Made by a program: the position numbers and the translations under genes. A DNA stretch of 17,999 nucleotides from Evtepia sp. (lineage in GTDB: Bacteria > Bacillota > Clostridia > Oscillospirales > Oscillospiraceae), in assembly GCA_048184675.1 (NCBI GenBank), contig DBEYYM010000056.1, forward strand, positions 1-17,999, written 5' to 3'. This document shows positions 1-7,278 of the stretch, in pieces; position 1 is the first letter of the stretch, and each line of letters opens with the position of its first letter. Under the pieces are notes generated by a model. The model made no database searches. It had not been told where the DNA came from and saw only the letters and a program-made list of their open reading frames with translations.

Positions 1-194
1 ATGGGAGAGGAGACCAAACCAGGGCGCAGCGGCAGGCCGCGCCCTGGGGGGAATGACAAGAAAGGCAACGGATTCGCCCCCTCGGCGGGCCCCCAAAAAC
101 CGCCGGCGGCTTCTGATCAGCAGGACCAGAAAATCTTTTGAAACAGACACAATCCTGCCTGTTCCGCCAAACAGGGCCAAGCCCGCCTTGGCAG

Positions 195-230
195 AAAAAG
201 GACCCCGCCCTCTGGAACAAGACGGCGGGG
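195..230 (-). terminator. Putative rho-independent terminator, the second of two downstream of the thiolase gene
   Basis: On the minus strand CCCCGCC (230..224) pairs with GGCGGGG (209..203), with an inner TCT/AGA extension, followed by TCC TTTTT (A-run 195..199 on plus). The loop is large, so confidence is moderate. Confidence 0.4.
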
Positions 231-342
231 GAATGGTGTGGCGTTGGATCAGCCCAGGTCCTGCACCATTCGCAGGGCGATGGCCAGGGCCTGCTCCCGG
301 GTGGCATTGGCCCCGGTGACCTGGCCCTTCGTCAAAGCAAAG

Positions 343-375
343 AAAAAGCTGGGCGGCCCAAACAGGCCGCCCAGC
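343..375 (-). terminator. Rho-independent terminator of the thiolase gene
   Basis: Perfect 11-bp stem GCTGGGCGGCC (348..358) / GGCCGCCCAGC (365..375) with a 6-nt loop. On the minus strand it is followed by TTTTT (343..347), 22 nt after the stop codon at 397. Confidence 0.75.
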
Positions 376-396
376 GAAACAGGGTTCAAAGGGAAA

Positions 397-1653
<1,257 letters not shown>

Positions 1654-1713
1654 GATAGATCGTACCTCCAAAAAAGTTTACAAGGTAAGCATAAAGCATA
1701 CATTTACCGCAAT

Positions 1714-1742
1714 ATTATACTTGCCATGCCTGCAAAAATCAA
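1714..1742 (-). promoter_or_regulatory. Sigma-A type promoter for the thiolase gene
   Basis: Minus strand reads TTGATT (1742..1737), a 17-nt spacer, then TATAAT (1719..1714), about 60 nt upstream of the start codon. Confidence 0.6.
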
Positions 1743-1753
1743 CAGTATTTTTG

Positions 1754-1806
1754 AAAAAAAGCAGAGGTTTTTCAAGATTTTACGAAAGAATTTGGGCGCC
1801 CTCTGC
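1754..1806 (-). terminator. Possible terminator after mfd (large-loop hairpin plus T-run)
   Basis: On the minus strand GCAGAGG (1806..1800) pairs with CCTCTGC (1767..1761), followed by TTTTTTT (1760..1754). The loop is about 32 nt, which is atypical for an intrinsic terminator. Confidence 0.3.
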
Positions 1807-1838
1807 CGCAGCAGGAAAAGGATGGGAAAGCCCCGGGG

Positions 1839-4800
1839 TCAAAGGCTTGCCGGCGGGGTGCCCTCTGCTGCGGCGAAATCCTGTAAAACGATCCCTGCCA
1901 GCTTCAGCACGTTGTCCCCTTTTTTTAGGCGGAGGGCCAGATAAGGCTTTTCCCCGGCGTTAAAGAGCAGACGGCCTTTGTATTTCTCCAGGCCGCACAC
2001 TGCCGCCACCCGGGCAAAGTCGGGCTTGGGCAGGGACAGGCGGAGGGTGCCCTCCTTTTGGGCCAGCTCTGTGATCCCCAGCTGGGCGGCCTGCACCCGA
2101 AGCAGAGCGATGGTGATGAGGTTTGTAACCCCCACGGGGGGATCCCCATAGCGGTCAATGAGCTCGTCGGTGATGTCATCCCCCTCCTCCTGGGTGCGGA
2201 TTCGGGCGATGCGGCGGTAGAGGTCCATCCGCTGCTCGGGGGCGGAGATGTACTGCTCGTCAATGGCGGCGGGGACGGCGAAATCAGCGGTGCAGTGGGC
2301 CTCCTGAACAGGGGCCTTGCCCTGCTCCTCCAAAACGGCCTCCTCCAGCAGGCGGAGGTAGAGGTCATAGCCCACGCTCATCAGGAACCCCGACTGCTCC
2401 GGCCCCAGCAGGTTTCCGGCCCCTCGGATTTCCAGATCCCGCATGGCAATCTTAAATCCCGAGCCAAAGGCGGCATACTCCCGGATGGCAGACAGCCGCT
2501 TGGATTGGTCTTCCGTAAGAACCTTGCTGGTCCGGTAGGTCAGATAGGCCGAAGCCCGGCGGGTGGACCGGCCCACCCGGCCCCGGAGCTGGTGGAGCTG
2601 GGCCAGGCCAAAGGTCTCGGCGTTTTCGATGATAAGGGTGTTCACGTTGGGCAGGTCAATGCCCGTCTCGATGATGGTGGTGCAGACCAGGATGTCCAGC
2701 TCCCCATCGGTCATTTGGCTCATAATGTCCCCCAGCTGCTCCTGGTCCATTTTCCCGTGGGCGGTGGCGATGCGGGCCTCTTCCCCCACCAGGGAGCGGA
2801 GTTTGGCGGCGGTGCGGTCAATGGTCTCGGTGCGGTTGTGGAGGTAATAGACCTGGCCCCCCCGGTCCAGCTCCCGGCGGATGGCATCGGCCAGGATGCC
2901 CCAGTCGTGCTCCAGCACATAGGTTTGGACAGGCTGGCGGTTGGTGGGGGGCTGCTCCAGGGTGGACATATCCCGCAGGCCCGACAGGGCCATATTTAGG
3001 GTCCGGGGAATGGGGGTGGCGGAGAGGGTGAGAACGTCTACCTGGCTGGTGAGTTTTTTCAGTTTCTCCTTGTGGCCCACCCCAAAGCGCTGCTCCTCGT
3101 CCACCACCAAAAGGCCCAGGTCTTGAAAGCGAATGTCCTTGCCCAGAAGTTTGTGGGTGCCGATGAGCAGATCCACCGACCCCTCTGCCGTCCGGCGGAG
3201 GATGTCCCGGGTCTGGGCGGCGGTGCGGAAGCGGGAGATCATCTCAATCTCCACGGGGAAGTGGGCGAAGCGCTTCAGGGCGGTCATGTAGTGCTGCTGG
3301 GCCAGCACCGTGGTGGGCACCAGCATAGCGGCCTGCTTTCCCTCCAGCACGCATTTCATAATGGCCCGGAAGGCCACCTCGGTTTTTCCATAGCCCACGT
3401 CTCCGCACAGGAGCCGGTCCATGGGGACGGGTTTTTCCATATCGGCCTTGATCTCCTCCACGCACCGGAGCTGGTCGTCGGTCTCCGGGTAGGGGAAGAG
3501 GGCTTCGAAGTCTTTCTGCCAGGGGGTGTCCGGCTGGAAGGCGTGGCCTGCCTGGCGCTGGCGCTGGGCATAGAGCCGGATCAGGCCCTTGGCCATGTCC
3601 TTGGCGGCCTTTTTGGCCTTGGTCTTGGACTTCTCCCACTCGGTGCCGCCCAGTTTGGACAGGCGCTTGTGCTCTGGGTCGTCCCCGCCGCCGATGTACT
3701 TGGCCACCAGGTCCAGCTGAAGGGCGGGGACGTACAGAGTATCGGCCCCGGCGAACTGGAGCTTGATATAATCCCGGGGAGACCCGTCCACAGACATTTT
3801 TACCATCCCCACAAACCGGCCGATGCCGTGGTGCTCGTGGACCACCAGGTCCCCGGGGGCCAGGTCGGTGAAGGACTCCAGCCGCTGGCGGGTGGAGGAT
3901 TCCCCTTTGGGCTTCCTGGTGCGGGCCTTTCGGGGGGGCAGGGCTGTGCCCTCAGATAAAACGGCAAACTTGCCGTCGGGAAAATCAAAGCCCGCCGACA
4001 GCCCGCCCACGGCGATGGTGATCTGCCCAGGTTCGGGGAGCGCATGGAGAAGCTCATCCACTGCGGCGTAGACCTTCTTTTCCCGGAGCATGGCCTGCAG
4101 GGAATCGGCCTTCCGGCGGCTGGAGGTGAGGACCACCACGGCGAAGTCCTCTTTCTGATATTGCCGCAGATCCTCGGTCAGGGATTCAAAGCTGATGCCG
4201 TATCCCGCCAGCTGCCGGGCGGTGAGGGACAGCAGAAAAGCCGGCGGCACAGGGAGGCCGCCCGTGGTGAACGAATCTAAATAAAGTAAGGTTCTGGGAG
4301 CCAGGTGGCTGCACAGAGCCTCAAAGGATTGGGCGAACACGGGGTTTTTGACGGGGAGCAGCCCCTGCTCCAGCAGGGTGGCAACGTCCTCGCTCAGCTG
4401 CCACAGGTAGTTTTTGGCCCGGTCGGCCACCCGGGGGGTGTCGCAGATCCCCACCAGGGCGTCCAGGGGCAAGTAGTCTGCCGGGGTGGCCACCTGGTTA
4501 TAGACCCTGGGCAGCGCCAGATCAGGGGGGCCTAGGATTTCCTCCCCCTTGGGGGAGATCACCTCTCCGGCAGGGAGGAGGGTACAGCTCTCCCGCTGAG
4601 AAGTCCGCCGCTGGGTGACAGGGTCAAAAAGCCCCATAGAGTCGATTTCATCTCCCCAAAACTCCAGGCGGATGGGGAGGTCCAGGCCGGGGGAGAAGAC
4701 ATCCAAAATGCCCCCGCGCAGGGCAAACTGCCCCACCCCTTCCACTTGGTCGCAGCGGGTATACCCTGCCTGGACCAGGAAGTCAGTGAGGCTGTCCAGC

Positions 4801-5246
4801 TGGCAAACTTCCCCCGTGTGCAGCTGCCGGCAGGTTTCAGAGAAGACCGCCGGGGGGATGGTTCGCTGAAGAAGGCCCTCCACCGTGGCCACCAGCACCG
4901 GGCAGTCTCCCCGGTGGAGCTTGGCCAGCAGCTCCAGCCGCTGGTGCTCCCACTGGCGGCTGGAAGCGCCGGGGTGGAAGAGAAAGTCCCGAGCGGGGAG
5001 CACAGGCACAGTCTGGCCGGTAAAGGCCTCCAGATCCCCGGCCAGACGCCGGGCCTCTCCGTCGTCAGAGGCCACCAGCACCAGCGGGCGGCCCGTGGCC
5101 CGCTGCAGGGCGGCGGCCACACAGGTCCGGTGGACCGCCGCCAGGCCGGAGAGAGCCAGGGGGCTTTTCCCCTGGGTTAGGGCGGCCTGGAGGCGGGTGT
5201 AGTCCCCTAGGCGGGGGAGGAATTCAGTTAACATGGGGGTGGGCAT
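1839..5246 (-). CDS. mfd: Transcription-repair coupling factor Mfd
   Basis: ORF of 1139 aa. It has the CarD/RNAP-interaction segment LAPGDLVVHEHHGIGRFVGM. It also has SF2 helicase motifs LLCGDVGYGKTEVA (Walker A), LLVVDEEQRFG, LTLSATPIPRTL and QLHQLRGRVGRS, plus a C-terminal TRCF-type domain. The track start GTG 5258 overlaps the SD (aaAGGAGtg), so ATG 5246 (MPTPMLTEF..., 11 nt after GGAG) is preferred. ATG 5234 is an alternative. Confidence 0.95.
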   Translation of the reverse strand: MPTPMLTEFLPRLGDYTRLQAALTQGKSPLALSGLAAVHRTCVAAALQRATGRPLVLVASDDGEARRLAGDLEAFTGQTVPVLPARDFLFHPGASSRQWEHQRLELLAKLHRGDCPVLVATVEGLLQRTIPPAVFSETCRQLHTGEVCQLDSLTDFLVQAGYTRCDQVEGVGQFALRGGILDVFSPGLDLPIRLEFWGDEIDSMGLFDPVTQRRTSQRESCTLLPAGEVISPKGEEILGPPDLALPRVYNQVATPADYLPLDALVGICDTPRVADRAKNYLWQLSEDVATLLEQGLLPVKNPVFAQSFEALCSHLAPRTLLYLDSFTTGGLPVPPAFLLSLTARQLAGYGISFESLTEDLRQYQKEDFAVVVLTSSRRKADSLQAMLREKKVYAAVDELLHALPEPGQITIAVGGLSAGFDFPDGKFAVLSEGTALPPRKARTRKPKGESSTRQRLESFTDLAPGDLVVHEHHGIGRFVGMVKMSVDGSPRDYIKLQFAGADTLYVPALQLDLVAKYIGGGDDPEHKRLSKLGGTEWEKSKTKAKKAAKDMAKGLIRLYAQRQRQAGHAFQPDTPWQKDFEALFPYPETDDQLRCVEEIKADMEKPVPMDRLLCGDVGYGKTEVAFRAIMKCVLEGKQAAMLVPTTVLAQQHYMTALKRFAHFPVEIEMISRFRTAAQTRDILRRTAEGSVDLLIGTHKLLGKDIRFQDLGLLVVDEEQRFGVGHKEKLKKLTSQVDVLTLSATPIPRTLNMALSGLRDMSTLEQPPTNRQPVQTYVLEHDWGILADAIRRELDRGGQVYYLHNRTETIDRTAAKLRSLVGEEARIATAHGKMDQEQLGDIMSQMTDGELDILVCTTIIETGIDLPNVNTLIIENAETFGLAQLHQLRGRVGRSTRRASAYLTYRTSKVLTEDQSKRLSAIREYAAFGSGFKIAMRDLEIRGAGNLLGPEQSGFLMSVGYDLYLRLLEEAVLEEQGKAPVQEAHCTADFAVPAAIDEQYISAPEQRMDLYRRIARIRTQEEGDDITDELIDRYGDPPVGVTNLITIALLRVQAAQLGITELAQKEGTLRLSLPKPDFARVAAVCGLEKYKGRLLFNAGEKPYLALRLKKGDNVLKLAGIVLQDFAAAEGTPPASL

Positions 5247-5293
5247 AGGGGTGGTCACTCCTTTTGGTCCTTGGGGCCGGCCCCAGGGCCGGG

Positions 5294-5485
5294 TACAAGG
5301 GGTGGTCGCAACCCTGCGACGAGGGGGCTGGGGCCTGCGGGTCTATCCTCAATCTCTTTGAGGAAACCTTCCGGCACCACCCCAGGATCATCGGGCACAT
5401 TTTGGAGGAAGCGTGCGCGGCGCTGCTGCGGGACTTCTTTTCCGGGGTGCGAAAAAAGTTTCCACAAAACTTAAAGGTTTTGTAA
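5294..5485 (+). pseudogene. tadA: 3' remnant of tRNA-specific adenosine deaminase (tadA), truncated; no catalytic HAE or PCxxC motifs present
   Basis: The plus-frame translation is ...GAGACGSILNLFEETFRHHPRIIGHILEEACAALLRDFFSGVRKKF*. It matches the conserved TadA C-terminus (B. subtilis ...[47 protein letters not shown]; E. coli ...GAAGSLMDVL..NHRVEITEGILADECAALL..FF). Only about 60 C-terminal residues are recognisable. The upstream part decays and abuts the divergent mfd start. Confidence 0.6.
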
Positions 5486-5507
5486 GATTTGGGGTCTTTT
5501 TTTGTAA
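5479..5507 (-). promoter_or_regulatory. Candidate sigma-A promoter for mfd
   Basis: Minus strand reads TTACAA (5507..5502), a 17-nt spacer, then TACAAA (5484..5479), in the only AT-rich patch upstream of mfd. It would give a leader of about 230 nt. This is a weak motif-only call. Confidence 0.25.
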
Positions 5508-5747
5508 CATGTCCTTGGTAAGATATCTCTGCAAGAGTCAAGACAGCTTCTTTTCATTTTTTAACCTTCGGAAAATCGGGGTCTGCGAGTGGTTTACGCG
5601 GGCCCCGTTTTTCTGTGCAAAGAGGGGCCCGGCCCCGGGGCTGGGGGGTGGGCGTAGCCCTGCGCCGTGGTATGCCCTGGGACTCGCTAAGAGCCGGGCT
5701 GCGCCCGGTTGCTCGCTTCCATGGCGCCTGCGGGCGCTCATCGCCGG

Positions 5748-5891
5748 GCGGGCAGCCTGCCCGGCTGGGGCCCCCTTTCTTGAGAAGAAAGGGGGGAAAG
5801 AACCCCAGGGGGAAGGAGTTTCCATGGTTTAAGGAGCTTCGCATTGGATCTGACCGAACTGTCCCCCGGACAGTTCGACCCCCTGGACCCC
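5748..5891. repeat. Inverted-repeat arm A, containing two hairpins and a 66-nt insertion in the second hairpin loop
   Basis: Aligns to the reverse complement of 6269..6350. Hairpin 1 is CCCCCTTTCT-tgaga-AGAAAGGGGG (5771..5795). Hairpin 2 pairs CCAGGGGG (5805..5812) with CCCCCTGG (5879..5886). The loop 5813..5878 contains a perfect 10-bp hairpin, CGAACTGTCC-ccc-GGACAGTTCG (5855..5877). Confidence 0.8.
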
Positions 5892-6004
5892 CCTTCTCTA
5901 GTGGGTGTAGACCTTCGGGCTGTACCGTGGCCTGGTGACGGGCCTGCGGCCCAAGCGCGTTAGGTGGGATGCGTGCGCGCCTGCCGGCTCGGCGCGCAGG
6001 GGTT

Positions 6005-6039
6005 GTGGGTGTGGCACTTTGGGAGGGCGTGGGTGTGGC
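6005..6039. repeat. Direct 11-mer repeat GTGGGTGTGGC x2 (24-nt period); a partial third copy GTGGGTGTAG lies at 5901..5910
   Basis: Exact copies at 6005..6015 and 6029..6039, read directly from the sequence. Confidence 0.7.
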
Positions 6040-6258
6040 TTTCCTTGCGCTGTGAAATCGTTAGAGCTTGCTCTCTTTCGGTGTAGAGTATCGGCGGGTA
6101 GCGGAATATCTTTTCCACTTTCCACCGTAGCAGTCTTATAAACCACCTACCCCTTGCGCTGCACACCGCCCATTCGATTTTTGAGAAGAAGCATGGTTCC
6201 ACAGAGGGAACAAACTTCCACGATCGAAAAAATGAGCGAGCGACAGCCAGCGGCCCAT

Positions 6259-6293
6259 AAAAATCCCCGGGGTCCAGGGGCCGCAGCCCCTGG
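6259..6293 (-). terminator. Possible distal terminator for the pth transcript
   Basis: On the minus strand CCAGGGGC-tgcg-GCCCCTGG (6293..6274) is followed by ACCCCGGGGA and then TTTTT (6263..6259). The T-run is 10 nt from the stem, which is not ideal. The hairpin is also part of inverted-repeat arm B. Confidence 0.3.
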
Positions 6294-6350
6294 TGCTCTT
6301 TCCTCCATTTCTTCAGAGAAATGGAGCCCCCGCCCGGGCAGGGCGCCCAG
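6269..6350. repeat. Inverted-repeat arm B, partner of arm A
   Basis: The reverse complement reads gggcgccctgcccgggcggggg-[CTCCATTTCT..AGAAATGGAG]-gaaagagcaccaggggc-tgcg-gcccctggacccc. Arm A reads gggcagcctgcccggctgggg-[CCCCCTTTCT..AGAAAGGGGG]-gaaagaaccccaggggg...ccccctggacccc. Hairpins lie at 6303..6326 and 6274..6293. Confidence 0.8.
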
Positions 6351-6364
6351 CGGAGCAGGCTGCT

Positions 6365-6573
6365 CCAACGCCGGTCCCCGGCCCACAAGGCCGGACCACT
6401 CAGCCACAGGGCACGGCCCCCACGTGGCAGGGTGCGCCAACGCCGGTCCCCGGCCCGCAAGGCCGGATCACCCAGTGACAGGGCCCCCACGGTGCAGCGT
6501 GCGCGGCGGTCGGTTCCCGGTCCGCAAGGCCGGATCACCCACCAACAGGGCAAGCCCCCGTCGCAGCATGCGG
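6365..6573. repeat. Three degenerate tandem repeats (about 72, 69 and 68 bp), each with a bulged GC hairpin, starting 3 nt beyond the pth stop codon
   Basis: Units start at 6365, 6437 and 6506. The shared core is GGTCC-cc-GGCC-c(a/g)caa-GGCC-GG(A)(C/T)C, followed by cagggc...cccccacg..gcag.gtgcg. A more weakly similar unit in inverse orientation lies left of arm A (about 5655..5747, hairpin CCGGGC-tgc-GCCCGG at 5694..5708). Confidence 0.8.
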
Positions 6574-6576
6574 CCG

Positions 6577-7170
6577 TCACCCATTAAACTTCGCCATAGC
6601 CTGATCCACGCCTTTTTCCAGCAGGCAAGCCACAGCGTCCGCCGCCCGGGCGATGGCGTCTTCCATCACCTTTTTATCCTGGCCGGTAAACTTCCCCAGG
6701 ACCCAGTCGGCCATATCGCTGTCGGGGTGGGGCTTTCCGCCTACCCCGACTTTAATGCGGGGGAACTGGTCGGTGCCCAGGTGGGCGATGATGTTTTTTA
6801 GCCCGTTGTGCCCGCCGGCCGAGCCGCTCCGGCGAACCCGGAGCTTTCCCTGGGGCAGCGCCACATCGTCAGAGATCACCAGCACCCGCTCCGGGGGAAT
6901 TTTGTAAAACCGGGCCGCCTGGCCCACGGCTTCCCCAGAGAGGTTCATATACGTGACGGGCTTCATCAGCAGCACCGATTGCCCTCCGATCAGGGCGGTG
7001 TTGGTCAGGGCTTTATACTTGAGCTTTTGCACCGGGATGCTCTCCCGCTCTGCCAGCTCATCCACCACCAAAAACCCCATATTGTGCCGGGTCCACTCAT
7101 ACTTGGGGCCAGGGTTCCCCAGACCCACCACCAGCCACTCCACCGGGCCGGTACGCTTCAAAGAAAACAT
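6577..7170 (-). CDS. pth: Peptidyl-tRNA hydrolase
   Basis: ORF of 197 aa with the Pth signature VVGLGNPGPKYEWTRHNMGF and ...GSAGGHNGLKNI. A GAGG Shine-Dalgarno sequence sits 10 nt upstream of ATG 7170. Confidence 0.95.
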   Translation of the reverse strand: MFSLKRTGPVEWLVVGLGNPGPKYEWTRHNMGFLVVDELAERESIPVQKLKYKALTNTALIGGQSVLLMKPVTYMNLSGEAVGQAARFYKIPPERVLVISDDVALPQGKLRVRRSGSAGGHNGLKNIIAHLGTDQFPRIKVGVGGKPHPDSDMADWVLGKFTGQDKKVMEDAIARAADAVACLLEKGVDQAMAKFNG

Positions 7171-7210
7171 ATTCCATCAACCTCAAAAAAAGTAGTCGTT
7201 GCAGGCCATG

Positions 7211-7240
7211 ATTATATCACCCCGGCAAATCCAAAAGCAA
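7211..7240 (-). promoter_or_regulatory. Sigma-A promoter for pth with an extended -10
   Basis: Minus strand reads TTGCTT (7240..7235), an 18-nt spacer, then TGaTATAAT (-10 at 7216..7211). It lies immediately downstream of the terminator at 7244..7278 and about 40 nt upstream of the pth start. Confidence 0.6.
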
Positions 7241-7243
7241 CCC

Positions 7244-7278
7244 AAAAAGGATTCCGCCGCCCACAGGCGACGGAATCC
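7244..7278 (-). terminator. Rho-independent terminator about 200 nt downstream of prs
   Basis: Minus strand reads GGATTCCGTCGC-ctgtgg-GCGGCGGAATCC followed by TTTTT. The 12-bp stem has one G.U pair on the minus strand, which would be a C.A mismatch on the plus strand. This supports minus-strand function. Confidence 0.75.

Noticed and set aside
5516-5524. Plus-strand extended -10-like TGgTAAGAT that could start a transcript into the repeat region.
   Set aside because: There is no acceptable -35 at 16 to 18 nt. It is a single motif in an AT-rich patch. It is worth remembering only if RNA-seq shows plus-strand transcription of 5530..6570.
5471-5557. 28-codon minus-strand ORF MKRSCLDSCRDILPRTCYKKRPQILQNL, with GAAGG 7 nt upstream.
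   Set aside because: It overlaps the candidate mfd promoter in the only AT-rich patch. It has no recognisable family and the SD is weak. Chance ORFs of this size are expected. It would need Ribo-seq or conservation support.
5486-5800. SRP (4.5S/scRNA) gene expected downstream of tadA, by analogy with B. subtilis tadA-scr.
   Set aside because: I could not find the conserved domain IV sequence (..GGUCCGGAAGGAAGCAGC..) or a matching helix on either strand. The tadA copy is only a remnant, so its former neighbours need not be present.
5855-5893. tRNA-like T-arm or att-site fragment (GGACAGTTCGACCCCC resembles GGTTCGA-type T-loops).
   Set aside because: The flanking bases do not form a T-stem or acceptor stem. 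The GTTCGA is part of a perfect 10-bp hairpin with a 3-nt loop. No integrase is nearby.
6365-6573. Possible CRISPR array (repeated ~31-nt palindromic cores separated by ~38-41 nt).
   Set aside because: The 'spacers' are homologous to each other (cagggc..cccccacg..gcag.gtgcg), so these are whole-unit tandem repeats. There are only three copies, no cas genes and no AT-rich leader.
5960-6801. ORFs 5960..6580(-) of 206 aa and 6154..6801(+) of 215 aa, both with internally repeated peptide motifs (PALRAGDRRW; GPRPxRPDH).
   Set aside because: The peptide repeats simply mirror the DNA tandem repeats and appear in several frames. The composition is Arg/Pro/Trp/Cys-rich. No Shine-Dalgarno is present. 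The plus-strand ORF continues antisense through the 3' part of pth.
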